Origin: a virus
Strand: one strand, 5' to 3'
Length of the DNA stretch: 64,000 nt
IMG/VR virus record: IMGVR_UViG_3300038429_000225
Coordinates: 28,428 to 92,427 of that record
A model generated the notes under the pieces. That model did no database searches. It saw only the letters and a list, made by a program, of their open reading frames with translations, and was not told where the DNA came from. Made by a program: the position numbers and the translations under genes. This document shows positions 9,450 through 18,702 of the stretch, in pieces. Position 1 is the first letter of the stretch. The number at the start of each line of letters is the position of its first letter.

Positions 9450-10339
9450 CAGAACTCCTCCGTTCTCTTGAGCTCTCCGTTCCATTCATGGAAAGCCGAG
9501 TCCTCAGGAAACATTTCCAAATCATCATACGGGTTGTTGATCTTATTTGCGATCGTCGCCGGATTAGCAATCATCTCACGTAGGCCTTCAATCTTCTGCT
9601 GCAGATATCCGTTCGGTCGCTGGCCATCGCGATGGTAACCATAGAAGCCCATATGGTACGCGCGCGAGACAAACGGAAACGCGGCCTTCTTACCCGAAAG
9701 AATTATAAGACGTTCAATCAGTCCGTCCTGCTCTGTCCACGTGGATCCCAACGGGGTGTTGGGAAACTGCGCCTGAATGTATCCCGGCATATTGGTGTAG
9801 TAAGTGTTGCTTGCATGCCTAAGAAACGCGGGCATGTTCTCCCGCTTCCAACACACACCGTAGGATCCGTACCAACTTGCGGTATAAAACGCGGACGGAT
9901 CTCTCACCGGCCCGATCTTCTCTCGATTGTGCCAGAAACAGTTGTTGCCTACTGTGCAGAAGAAATCACCTTTGTTTTGCACGTTCTCGTGCCACTCAAA
10001 GAAATCTGGCGTCACGAAAACGTCGTCCTCGACCAGATAGACACGCGGCGCTCCGCTAGAGTATGCGCGTTTATATGCCTCTAGAGTGTTGAGACTGTTT
10101 CCGCACGTTGAGTGGACCGGCGCCAAAAAATAGTGAAGGTCCAGTGCTCCCTTCCAAGCGTTGATAACTTCTTGGGTCCAGGCCGCTTCGATCTTGTGGG
10201 CGTGTTCGTCGTCCGGATGATGATCTTGCATCAGCCACACTTGCTTGTCGTTGATGCCCTCGGCTTCCACCAGGTGCTCCAAACAAAGCTGCAAATACTC
10301 AGGACGAAAATAAATTGGAACCAGGACGATATCTTTCAT
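9449..10339 (-). CDS. GT-A glycosyltransferase
   Basis: VLVPIYFRPEYL...LVEDDV...EQDGL...RAYHMG, shared with the downstream paralog. Confidence 0.75.
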   Translation of the reverse strand: MKDIVLVPIYFRPEYLQLCLEHLVEAEGINDKQVWLMQDHHPDDEHAHKIEAAWTQEVINAWKGALDLHYFLAPVHSTCGNSLNTLEAYKRAYSSGAPRVYLVEDDVFVTPDFFEWHENVQNKGDFFCTVGNNCFWHNREKIGPVRDPSAFYTASWYGSYGVCWKRENMPAFLRHASNTYYTNMPGYIQAQFPNTPLGSTWTEQDGLIERLIILSGKKAAFPFVSRAYHMGFYGYHRDGQRPNGYLQQKIEGLREMIANPATIANKINNPYDDLEMFPEDSAFHEWNGELKRTEEF

Positions 10340-11064
10340 TCGACTGACCTCTTCAAATAATCAAACAGACTCCCGGGATAGGATCCGAACTTGTCTATAC
10401 CGCCACGACGCGCCTCTTCATTCCACAGATGAATAGCGTATGCGTCTCCGACACACTGGCTCCCACTTTCGGAACCAAATATGTTGCCCGGTGCATCGAA
10501 GTGATCGAGCGGACAAAACACCCACTTGGACTTCGCATATCTCCCGAGATCAAAACGCGGAACGGCTTCCATTATCAAGGCGGGCCCGATATCGGCCCAA
10601 TCGTTCTTTGTGACGTCTATTTCCGCCACCCGCTCTATACAGTACCGCATTATCTCACTTCCTGCCGGCGCCTTTATAACGCCGCCACACAGGTCCTGGG
10701 GATGACCGGGATTAGAACTTAACTGAGTTGCAAATACATATGGATCCGTGAAATCAAACGGCCGCAAACAAAAGGAGTCCAGGTCTGACCACCAGCTTCC
10801 GTTCTTGTAAAGAAGCAGGTAACGGAAATAGTCCGAGAAGTTGGCTAGGTTCTGAAACTTTTCAATCTTCCACTTCGGTGCAATTTGATTAGCATCTTTG
10901 ACAACCGCACCCGCAGGCACACCCTTGACAGGGCCGTACGTGTAGAGATGAAAAGGGTGTCCCATACGCAGATATGACTTGATACATATCTGCTCCATCG
11001 GGGAAAGCTGATCGCCTACCCACAAGCTTTGAATCGTGTCTAGCTTTACAAATCTCTCGATCAT
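10336..11064 (-). CDS. GT32-like (DxD, Gb3-synthase/capsular-type) glycosyltransferase
   Basis: IQSLWVG, FSDYFRYLLLYKNGSWWSDLD, IGP, AIHLWNE. True start is MIERF at 11064. Confidence 0.82.
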   Translation of the reverse strand: MIERFVKLDTIQSLWVGDQLSPMEQICIKSYLRMGHPFHLYTYGPVKGVPAGAVVKDANQIAPKWKIEKFQNLANFSDYFRYLLLYKNGSWWSDLDSFCLRPFDFTDPYVFATQLSSNPGHPQDLCGGVIKAPAGSEIMRYCIERVAEIDVTKNDWADIGPALIMEAVPRFDLGRYAKSKWVFCPLDHFDAPGNIFGSESGSQCVGDAYAIHLWNEEARRGGIDKFGSYPGSLFDYLKRSVE

Positions 11065-12185
11065 ATCTTCTCTCTCAGCCTTTCGAACTCCGCGAGACTC
11101 ATCGCCACGACCTGGTCCATATTGAGATACTTGTACGTGGCCAGCCGCCCCACGAAAGTTACGTTCGAAAGCTGCTCCGCTCTCGCCTCGTACATCTTGT
11201 AGATTGACTTCGCCTCCGCATTCGGAATCGGATAGTAGGGCGTGTCGCCCGGAACAAACTCTTTCGGATACTCGCGCACGATGGTGGTGTTGGGGCACTT
11301 CTGTCCGGTCGCGTGCTTGATCTCGACGATTCGCGTATAGTCGAAGTCGTTGGGATATGCCACCGATGTCGTCGGCTGCCAAAATCCCCTGACCAGATGC
11401 TCCGGGCCGATCGTCTCGTGCTCGAAGCGCAGCGTTCTGTACGGAAGGCGCCCGTGCTCGTACAGAAAGAATTCGTCGATCGGGCCTGTGTACACCAGGT
11501 GCTTGTATATGCACTGCCAGGAGAAGTCGTAGAACGACATGTTCGGAATGAACTCAATGTTCTGCGAACTGTGCAACATGTTCTCAAACATCGCAGTGTA
11601 CCCGGCGACTGGCATCATCTGATAGGTGTCGTTGAAGTAAAGATCGTTCCGATTCGTGCGGATGGGAATCCGCGCGCAAACCGACGCGTCCAGATCCTTT
11701 GGGTCGCGTCCCCACTGCTTCTTCGTGTAGCCCTTGTAAAACATCTCGTACAACTCGTGGCCCACCTGAGAGAGGATCGCTTCCTCAGAATTCTTCGGGT
11801 TCGGAATCGATATGCGGTTCTTCGCCAGATAGTCTTCCATCTCCTCCGTCGTGCTGGGCCGGCCGATCAACTGTTCGTACGTTTTCAAGTTGACCGGAAA
11901 ACTCCAGTGCCGCCGATGCGTAAAGCTGGAAGCCGTGTAGGCTGTGGGGATGAAGGTCGTAAACTGCGACAAGTAGTCGGCCACCCTCTTGGAATTCGTG
12001 TGGAACAGATGCGGCCCGTAAGCATGTACAAGGACACCGCCCTGGTCAATGTAGTCGAACGCATTGCCGCCGATATGCGCCCGCTTGTCAATCACGATGC
12101 AGCGCTTGCCGATCAAGGCCAGCCGTTCCGCCATCACCATGCCCGCAAGTCCCGCCCCAACAATCAGAACGTCGCAATAGTTCAT
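11061..12185 (-). CDS. glf: UDP-galactopyranose mutase
   Basis: FAD motif GAGLAG, HIGGNAFD, YGPHLFHTN, GYTKKQWG, TRIVEIKH, PYYPIP, GRLATYKYLNMDQ. Confidence 0.95.
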   Translation of the reverse strand: MNYCDVLIVGAGLAGMVMAERLALIGKRCIVIDKRAHIGGNAFDYIDQGGVLVHAYGPHLFHTNSKRVADYLSQFTTFIPTAYTASSFTHRRHWSFPVNLKTYEQLIGRPSTTEEMEDYLAKNRISIPNPKNSEEAILSQVGHELYEMFYKGYTKKQWGRDPKDLDASVCARIPIRTNRNDLYFNDTYQMMPVAGYTAMFENMLHSSQNIEFIPNMSFYDFSWQCIYKHLVYTGPIDEFFLYEHGRLPYRTLRFEHETIGPEHLVRGFWQPTTSVAYPNDFDYTRIVEIKHATGQKCPNTTIVREYPKEFVPGDTPYYPIPNAEAKSIYKMYEARAEQLSNVTFVGRLATYKYLNMDQVVAMSLAEFERLREKI

Positions 12186-13030
12186 AAGGTCACCAAGACA
12201 TCTCGCCAGCGTTGTAGAGCCGCATCATACGTCAGATAGTTTTTCGCGAAGTCCGTCGCGCCTGCGCTCAGGCACGCGATCGCGCCGGGGTCCGACTTCA
12301 CTTCCGCAACCAGGTCCGCGAGATCGGCCATGTCGGCCCGCACCGGGATGTAGTTCTCGTACGGGCGCAGACCCGGATGGAAGAACTCTGAGAACGGACT
12401 CTTGACGATGAAGACAGGCCGATTCGCGTGCATCAGCATCTTCAAGCGGCCGGAGTACCCATTGCCGCGGATGTCGATCAACATGCTGTACTTGCAGTGG
12501 TCGGGCAGCGACACGAACTTGGTTGTGTCCTGCTTCCTGCCGGTGTACGTTGCGTGCCAGTCCATGCCGACGAAGTGCATGTCGTCCGGGTGCTGCGCGC
12601 CGATGTCCAGCAGCGTTTGCCGCGATGGGTGTGTGGCCACGCAGCCAATCCAGAAGATCTTATCGATCGTGGGCGCTGGGAGCCCCGCCTGCGCAATAGC
12701 GGCCGTGCTCTCCGCGTACGAATTGATTCCCGCTTCCGGCCACCCGCCATAAATGTGATCGGGAATCGCCTTGACGTTGGCCGCACTGCAACCGGTTGTT
12801 GAGTAAGCCAGTACGGGAATGTCCGGGCCCAGAGGCGCCGCACGTTCCGGGTTGTCGCCGGTGTAGATGTAAAAGTCGAACGTCCAGCCGATGAGCTCGG
12901 ACGCATACCTCGCGATCGCATCGTGCATAACAGAAAGCGTGTGCTCATGACGGCTTTGGTAGCCGCCGAAATCATCAACCATAAAAGAGTCACGAGACGA
13001 ACGCACTCGAATGAATTCGTGCATGTTCAT
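12182..13030 (-). CDS. GT90-like (CAP10/POGLUT-type) glycosyltransferase
   Basis: KIFWIG, FVSLPDHCKYSMLIDIRGNGYSGRLKML, PYENYIPV..DMADL. Confidence 0.82.
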   Translation of the reverse strand: MNMHEFIRVRSSRDSFMVDDFGGYQSRHEHTLSVMHDAIARYASELIGWTFDFYIYTGDNPERAAPLGPDIPVLAYSTTGCSAANVKAIPDHIYGGWPEAGINSYAESTAAIAQAGLPAPTIDKIFWIGCVATHPSRQTLLDIGAQHPDDMHFVGMDWHATYTGRKQDTTKFVSLPDHCKYSMLIDIRGNGYSGRLKMLMHANRPVFIVKSPFSEFFHPGLRPYENYIPVRADMADLADLVAEVKSDPGAIACLSAGATDFAKNYLTYDAALQRWRDVLVTL

Positions 13031-13608
13031 CACAGCACCTTCCACCAAATCCGACACGTATCGTACGTCGTGCCTTCCGCCACACCGCGAAGCACCTGCA
13101 CGTCAGGAACCTGCTCATCAACAGCGCGGTTGACGGACGGCGTGTAGTCAACCGTTCCTGGGTCGGCGTAATCGTGCCCGCACAACAAGCCGCCCGGTTC
13201 GAGCACCTGACGCCAAAGTCGGATGTCTTCGGAGACGTACTCGTAATCGTGGTTTCCGTCGATGAACACCATGTCCACCTTTTGCTTCGCCGCTATAAAC
13301 AGGTTGGCGGCGTCGATAGACGGCATGTGTACCACGAAAACTTTCTTGTTCAAAAGGTCAACTAAGTTCTGTCCGAAGCGTTGAAATGCCTCTGGCTCCC
13401 GGGGCCAAAAGTCGACCGCGTAAACAAGCCCGGGGGTGTTGTCAGCTAAGGCTCTCGTACTGCGCCCCATCCAACAACCCACCTCAACAATCCTCGTGTG
13501 AGTGCGCGCGTGTTCGGCTAGCCACTCGAGCTCCGGTATCGACATGACCTGGTTAGGAAATCTTTCATCTTGATGAATCAAACGCGCTTTAGAAATGTCA
13601 ATATCCAT
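13030..13608 (-). CDS. Class I SAM methyltransferase (Methyltransf_24-like)
   Basis: VEVGCWMGRST, FIDGNHDYE, GGLLCGHDY. Confidence 0.88.
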   Translation of the reverse strand: MDIDISKARLIHQDERFPNQVMSIPELEWLAEHARTHTRIVEVGCWMGRSTRALADNTPGLVYAVDFWPREPEAFQRFGQNLVDLLNKKVFVVHMPSIDAANLFIAAKQKVDMVFIDGNHDYEYVSEDIRLWRQVLEPGGLLCGHDYADPGTVDYTPSVNRAVDEQVPDVQVLRGVAEGTTYDTCRIWWKVL

Positions 13609-13613
13609 TTTCT

Positions 13614-14465
13614 TTACCTGTACTTGTTCGCCACAACGTCGCGCCACAAACCTGACCGATCGTACTGGTGAACGATCGCAAACGGCACCCCTGTCTCAGG
13701 TGCGCGCACGAGCCCGGACGCCGCGTCAAACACCGGCAGCTTGTCCGTACACTGCGCCAGTCGATACGCCTTGTTGGCCGGCTCTTCCCACTCTTCGGCC
13801 ACAATCCACGAAACCGTCGCGGTCCAGGCGTCTTCTGGCTTCGGAATCGTGGTGACTTCACGCAACGGACTGGTCCGTATCAAATAGTTGAAGTACGTTT
13901 CATCCCACAGATTGGGGTCGGGATGCGTCGCGATCGCGGACATCAGATACACCATGTTCATCGGGTCGCCGGCAATCGTGCCGCTGCAACAACTTGCATA
14001 TTCTCGAAGCCACGAATGAATGTCTGGCCCCAACAGCCGTGCCTCTCGATCTTCACCTGGGCCCGCCTTGATGGGCCAACCGCCCATATTTGCCGCCACG
14101 ATGCACGGAGCCGTCGCATGATTATCCAACCACGCTGACGGGTCAGTTTGGAAGATCAGGTCCCGCGCATCAACCCAAATCACGTACCGAAAGTTGTTCA
14201 GCCGCGGGCGTAGGTAGTCGCACACGGGAACAAATCTTTTCTTGTAGTAGAAGTGTCGAGGGCCGCCCTTCTCAAACACCGTGTCGATCAGCTTGAATCC
14301 CAGCGCTGCGAGGTTCTCCCGGGCGTCACCGGGGATGTTCTCGATGAGCAACACCTTCTCACCCTTGAATCCGGTCTGAGCCAACGACACAGCGAACGGT
14401 TTCAGTTGAGCCCAATTGTAATCGTGAACGGCTGCAATGATCAGGTCTTCCATCTGTTGTGACAC
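13614..14465 (-). CDS. GT-A glycosyltransferase
   Basis: WVDARDLIFQTDP, SGTIAG, DETYFNYL, IVHQYDR. Confidence 0.72.
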   Translation of the reverse strand: MSQQMEDLIIAAVHDYNWAQLKPFAVSLAQTGFKGEKVLLIENIPGDARENLAALGFKLIDTVFEKGGPRHFYYKKRFVPVCDYLRPRLNNFRYVIWVDARDLIFQTDPSAWLDNHATAPCIVAANMGGWPIKAGPGEDREARLLGPDIHSWLREYASCCSGTIAGDPMNMVYLMSAIATHPDPNLWDETYFNYLIRTSPLREVTTIPKPEDAWTATVSWIVAEEWEEPANKAYRLAQCTDKLPVFDAASGLVRAPETGVPFAIVHQYDRSGLWRDVVANKYR

Positions 14466-15058
14466 TCCCTTATTTGATCTGGAACCAACTGCGTAAGCAC
14501 GATCGTGTCGTTCGTCACTTCTGAACCGACGAGAAGATAATTCGGAAGGGGCTTCACGAAAATTCCTTCCCGTCCCAACACCTGGCCGTCCCAGCGATCG
14601 GAGAAGAATGTCTCTTTGAATGCGGGCACGTCACTAAGCCAAGGGGACGCCTGCGAAAGAATCTGCAACGACCGCTCCGAAAACCAGCATGCGCCGCCAG
14701 AAGCGTAGTCAAACCGAATAACACCTGGGGGCGGGGGCGGTGAACCGCCTTCATTCGCCTTCGTGACGATGCCAGCATAGTCATCTTCGACCGCGCGCAA
14801 ATTCCGGGCCCAGACGTACATGTCGTCGTCGCACTTCAAAAGATGCTTGTATCCGTGGTCCAACGTCCACCGATAGATGGCTTTCGCTTTCGTGACACAG
14901 GCTTCGTATCCGTCTGGAACGCCAAGCCTCTCACCGTCGAATACCTCGACGCGGAAGCCGGCCGCCCTCACTTCGGGAATCCACGTCTCCTGCTGCGCCT
15001 GGAGCCGGTGGGCATACTTCTTACACGTAAAGATCGCAACAAGGGTGTCGTTGATCAT
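14441..15058 (-). CDS. GT31/Fringe-like glycosyltransferase
   Basis: QETW, LLKCDDDMYV, DYAG, YASGGACWFS. Confidence 0.75.
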   Translation of the reverse strand: MINDTLVAIFTCKKYAHRLQAQQETWIPEVRAAGFRVEVFDGERLGVPDGYEACVTKAKAIYRWTLDHGYKHLLKCDDDMYVWARNLRAVEDDYAGIVTKANEGGSPPPPPGVIRFDYASGGACWFSERSLQILSQASPWLSDVPAFKETFFSDRWDGQVLGREGIFVKPLPNYLLVGSEVTNDTIVLTQLVPDQIRECHNRWKT

Positions 15059-15603
15059 AGTTCCTTGTACCAGATAAACTGTCCCCCGACTTTGTGATCG
15101 GGAAGCAACTCGTCAACCGCTTGCGTGACGCCATCCCAGGAGCCATAATCGTGACCGCTTATGATTCCTCTCGGAGCGATCAGCGGCTGCCACGCCCGGA
15201 TATCTGCCGCGACGTTTTCATAGTCATGCGCGGCATCCAGAAAAACCATATCGAAAGTCACACCCATGTGGCGGTAATATTTCGTGGCATCCACCGACAG
15301 GCCGCGGAAGGCGTAGAGCCGCCCCGTGGGGAGGCCTTCCATGTTTTTGGCAAACTCTCCGAACAGCCAGTTCTCCGGCTTCCCCGCCAAGATCGCCCGG
15401 TGCGCGTCTTCGTCGCTGCCTTCCCAGGTGTCAACCGCCACAACCACGCCGGTTGTGTTGTCGACGATCGCCCGCGTGCTGCGGCCGAACCACGAACCCA
15501 CTTCCACGATCTTCGAGTGTGTGGACGCCTGTTCGGCCAGCCACAACAGGTCCGGGTCTTCCATCCACCCCTCGATCCTCTGCGCGCGGGTGATATCAAC
15601 CAT
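15055..15603 (-). CDS. Class I SAM methyltransferase (Methyltransf_24-like)
   Basis: VEVGSWFGRST, VDTW, FLDAAHDYE, GIISGHDY; paralog of 13030-13608. Confidence 0.88.
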   Translation of the reverse strand: MVDITRAQRIEGWMEDPDLLWLAEQASTHSKIVEVGSWFGRSTRAIVDNTTGVVVAVDTWEGSDEDAHRAILAGKPENWLFGEFAKNMEGLPTGRLYAFRGLSVDATKYYRHMGVTFDMVFLDAAHDYENVAADIRAWQPLIAPRGIISGHDYGSWDGVTQAVDELLPDHKVGGQFIWYKEL

Positions 15604-16579
15604 TGGCGATCACCTCTTGGACACGCTGATGGAAGTATTCTCGCTGGGCCAGGAACGCAGCTCGAGCCCCCTTCTGAATTTCCTCAATACACTGTGGAGA
15701 CATACGCCACGCGTTATCGATCGCACTTTTCACGTCCATGGCGCCTACCCACGCAAACCGTCCCACTTGATTCATCGGATCCCATTTCTGCGAATGAACC
15801 AATAGTTTCGGATCAACACCGGCGTATTCATTCATCGGGGGAAAGTCCGTTGTAATCATCACAGCGCCACATCCGAGACCTTCGTGAATCACATGTCCCC
15901 ACCCTTCTGCTCCGGATGGCATGATGTGAAACATGCATTCGTTCATCAAACGCTTTAACTCAGATTCTCCGGCGCGCTCAATGTATAAGCAATTCGGACG
16001 CCCTTGAATCATATTCATATGGCCGCAATCGGATGAAACGAGAATAAAAGGTATATTGTATCCCTGATTCCACGGACCCTGAAAGGGGTTATAGAAAAAC
16101 TTTGCAAAAGTGTATATGACTTGCATTGTATTTTTAGAAGCACTTCCGCCGGCAACATGAAGAAACTTACGCAAGCGGGGGATAGATGGGTCATACAAAT
16201 CCCTCGACTCCCACCCGACGTGACGACATCTATCACCAAAACCCTTTTCGGAAAAGGCACGAAAGGCTTCGTGCGTCTTACATAAAATCTTGTCGATCCG
16301 CAGAAGGATAGGATCCCAGCAAGCATGATACCATTCCTGATTGGGCACAAACCAGTTCTGCTTTGCCTTGTTCAACCCAATCACATAGGAAGAAAGAAGC
16401 TCGAGAAATATGTTGACGTCAGCTTCCGGAATCTCTTTATCAAAAGATTCGCCACTCATACCAGCAATCTTCACGCCATGAACTTCGTGGCCCAGGCTCT
16501 CGAGCAAACTTCGCAAAAGTTTGTAGTCGGACTCGAGCCCAAAGCAGTTATCGATCAATGTGCAAATGTTGAACTTCAT
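15596..16579 (-). CDS. GT-B (GT4-like) glycosyltransferase
   Basis: FLHVAG..K, PSGAEGWGHVIHEGLGCG (ExxxxxxxE), TTDFPPMNE. Confidence 0.82.
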   Translation of the reverse strand: MKFNICTLIDNCFGLESDYKLLRSLLESLGHEVHGVKIAGMSGESFDKEIPEADVNIFLELLSSYVIGLNKAKQNWFVPNQEWYHACWDPILLRIDKILCKTHEAFRAFSEKGFGDRCRHVGWESRDLYDPSIPRLRKFLHVAGGSASKNTMQVIYTFAKFFYNPFQGPWNQGYNIPFILVSSDCGHMNMIQGRPNCLYIERAGESELKRLMNECMFHIMPSGAEGWGHVIHEGLGCGAVMITTDFPPMNEYAGVDPKLLVHSQKWDPMNQVGRFAWVGAMDVKSAIDNAWRMSPQCIEEIQKGARAAFLAQREYFHQRVQEVIANG

Positions 16580-16851
16580 TTGAACCTCGGGTCAGGGCTG
16601 CCCCAAAATTGGTAGATCAGATACAACTGAATCCCACAGAGTGTACTCTGGACGATGTACCAGGCCGACAGATAAGGCGCCTTCTCCGCGATCGCCAGAA
16701 TCAGATTGTTCACCTGGACCAAGAATATGAACCAGCTTGAGATCTTGCTAAAATCCCTGGTATGCTGGCGCTTCCAAATCCGCTTGAAGGCGGGGTAATA
16801 GATTCCGATCGTCATCAAGAGGCTGACTGCTATCAAAACATTCTTGATCAT
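16576..16851 (-). CDS. PQ-loop/SemiSWEET-like small membrane protein
   Basis: 91 aa, three hydrophobic helices, YP.FKRIWKRQHTRDFS pattern of the PQ-loop family. Confidence 0.6.
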   Translation of the reverse strand: MIKNVLIAVSLLMTIGIYYPAFKRIWKRQHTRDFSKISSWFIFLVQVNNLILAIAEKAPYLSAWYIVQSTLCGIQLYLIYQFWGSPDPRFK

Positions 16852-17060
16852 GCTTTCGGTTCCTTGCCTGCGATCGCGGCATCGGATTTCTTGATGACCT
16901 GCTTCCGCTTTGCCTCGCGCCAATCCGCTCGTTCCTTCTCCCGCTTCGACTGAATTTTATGAACGCCCTTTTCGTAGTAGATGATCTTCTCACCTTGAAC
17001 AACGATCCAGACGAATAGCAGCAACTCCATGATAGTCGTGGTGCGTTCGAATGTGAACAT
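16848..17060 (-). CDS. Small membrane protein
   Basis: N-terminal hydrophobic stretch and basic tail; RBS present. Confidence 0.55.
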   Translation of the reverse strand: MFTFERTTTIMELLLFVWIVVQGEKIIYYEKGVHKIQSKREKERADWREAKRKQVIKKSDAAIAGKEPKA

Positions 17061-17068
17061 GAGATCTC

Positions 17069-17440
17069 CTAGAGCAAGCCATCGTAAGCGCCGGCGCGCA
17101 GTAGCCGGCAGATCTCTCCCTGGAAGCGGGTCCCGTGCCCCTCGTCTGCCTTGTACCCAACATAGCAGTCAGAGGCGCTTTCGAGATCGGCGTGGATCAT
17201 TTCATGAAGCATTAAAATGTAGATAGAGTTCCATCCCGTCTGCATCATGCAACGGTCAATTTTTATCTCACGCTCATAGTCATTCCACATCCCGTTCGCT
17301 TTTTTCTTGCGAAGATCTGCCCACCGAACTCTGATCGTCGGATGCAGCCGGCCCGCGAAAAACTTGTGGTTGAGAAATCCGAAAGCTCTTTGAAGCTCCT
17401 TATTTGAGATATGCAGACGGCGTTTTGTTTTGTGTGCCAT
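17069..17440 (-). CDS. SprT-like zinc metalloprotease
   Basis: LNHKFF.G.L, LMLHEMIH, HGTRF. Confidence 0.8.
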   Translation of the reverse strand: MAHKTKRRLHISNKELQRAFGFLNHKFFAGRLHPTIRVRWADLRKKKANGMWNDYEREIKIDRCMMQTGWNSIYILMLHEMIHADLESASDCYVGYKADEGHGTRFQGEICRLLRAGAYDGLL

Positions 17441-17664
17441 CAGTTTTCCTCAAACAAGTCCAGCAGTTCTTCGGTCACATCGTCGATCGCGTCATCATAG
17501 ATATCGACGTCTGTGCGATCGTCGTCGAGATCTGCGTTGGCGTCGTCGAAGAATTCTTCGAATCGAGATTCGATCAGGTCCAGGTGCTGTTCGAGCATAT
17601 GCTCGCGCGCGCCTTGCTGATCCTCTTCGAACTGCTCCCCGCATTCGCAAACATAGTATGACAT
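17440..17664 (-). CDS. Acidic C2H2-like Zn-finger protein
   Basis: CECG...H...H followed by a very D/E-rich tail. Confidence 0.65.
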   Translation of the reverse strand: MSYYVCECGEQFEEDQQGAREHMLEQHLDLIESRFEEFFDDANADLDDDRTDVDIYDDAIDDVTEELLDLFEEN

Positions 17665-17760
17665 CGGAATCTCCTGTATTATTTGTCGTTCACTGCATCA
17701 TTACTAATACTCGAGAACTTCTGGGAACACTCATTACAAAATCTTGTCATACGTGGTGCT

Positions 17761-17970
17761 TTACTCATCTTTCTTCTCCTCGACGTCTTCAACTTCTTCC
17801 GGTGGTTCTACAACTGGTTCTCTCTTGACCGAAGCATAACAAGCGGCCGTGATCACGAACGCTATTCCAAAGCAGACTCCCGAACTGACGAATGGGGCAT
17901 AGACGCGAAGCAGGCCACCGATGCACATGGCAAGTAGTAGAGACAGAAGTGCAGATTGCCAAAACTTCAT
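17761..17970 (-). CDS. Small two-TM membrane protein
   Basis: Two hydrophobic helices and an acidic tail. Confidence 0.6.
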   Translation of the reverse strand: MKFWQSALLSLLLAMCIGGLLRVYAPFVSSGVCFGIAFVITAACYASVKREPVVEPPEEVEDVEEKKDE

Positions 17971-18209
17971 CGCTTGTCCTCCAACATGGTACTGAGCTCC
18001 TGGCTTGTGCGTGGGTAATGCTTCTTTCCTGAATCAAACACGCTAATGTGAAGCCGCGGGTCAACCTTATTTAGAACAGGACACAGGAAGTTGTTCTCAT
18101 TCCAGCCGGCCGCTTTCAAATTGAGGACGCGCTGAATATCCAGATGGTTACGAAGGATCAGTTCGGCCTTCTCAATTGCATTACGGACTCTCGATGATCT
18201 CGCTGCCAT
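17967..18209 (-). CDS. Hypothetical protein
   Basis: RBS AGGAG; coupled ORF. Confidence 0.55.
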   Translation of the reverse strand: MAARSSRVRNAIEKAELILRNHLDIQRVLNLKAAGWNENNFLCPVLNKVDPRLHISVFDSGKKHYPRTSQELSTMLEDKR

Positions 18210-18224
18210 TACTTCTCCTGATCC

Positions 18225-18392
18225 TTATTCAACTTTGACTGGAGCATCGGTGTAAACAATCGTGACGATTGCACCGGCTTGTGTGAAAGCCGTTTCAATC
18301 TCTTCCTTCGTGGCATTTGCCGCACGATTCAGAAAAACAATATAGTGATAGCCGAACATGATTCGGAAAATGCTTGATTCATTTGTGTTCAT
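18225..18392 (-). CDS. Hypothetical protein
   Basis: RBS AAGGAG before MNTNESS. Confidence 0.5.
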   Translation of the reverse strand: MNTNESSIFRIMFGYHYIVFLNRAANATKEEIETAFTQAGAIVTIVYTDAPVKVE

Positions 18393-18672
18393 CGCTTCTC
18401 CTTGCCGGGATCGTGGGAGAGCCCTCACCGCGGTATCAGCCCGCCACCGCGTGCGAATCGCGGCACGGAGGGCGTCATCGATGTACATTCGATGGGTCCC
18501 AATGCGGAGCGACTCTCCCGATCCCGTGTACCGGTACTGCTTATATTCACGAGGCTTCGGAGGCGCTTTGGCATCTCCCTATCCTCGCGCGGACGCTGTT
18601 CGGTCAGGATGCGGTTCCCACTCCTGGGAGATCTTGAGGTCTCAGTCTGCCTTTCGTAGGCTCCCGAGATCG

Positions 18673-18702
18673 GTCTCCATAAGACTGACCAGTTACGGCA
18701 TG
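18673..18702 (-). promoter_or_regulatory. 30-bp motif, copy 2 (candidate phage-specific promoter at the head of the leftward operon)
   Basis: CATGCCGTAACtgGTCAGTCTTATGGAGAC; matches 8218-8247. Confidence 0.5.

Noticed and set aside
11064-11514. N-terminal 150 aa of the 392-aa ORF 10336-11514
   Set aside because: It is an alternative-frame read of glf; the GT32 homology starts at the ATG at 11064, coupled to the glf stop.
11313-12239. Long antisense ORFs (for example 11313-12239, 15094-15855, 30307-30942, 41014-41658)
   Set aside because: Shadows of GC-rich or low-complexity genes on the other strand; no motifs or RBS.
8601-16579. Giant-virus or eukaryotic origin of the window because of GT90/GT31 genes
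   Set aside because: Shine-Dalgarno sites, sigma70 promoters, coupled operons and tailed-phage virion genes indicate a bacteriophage.
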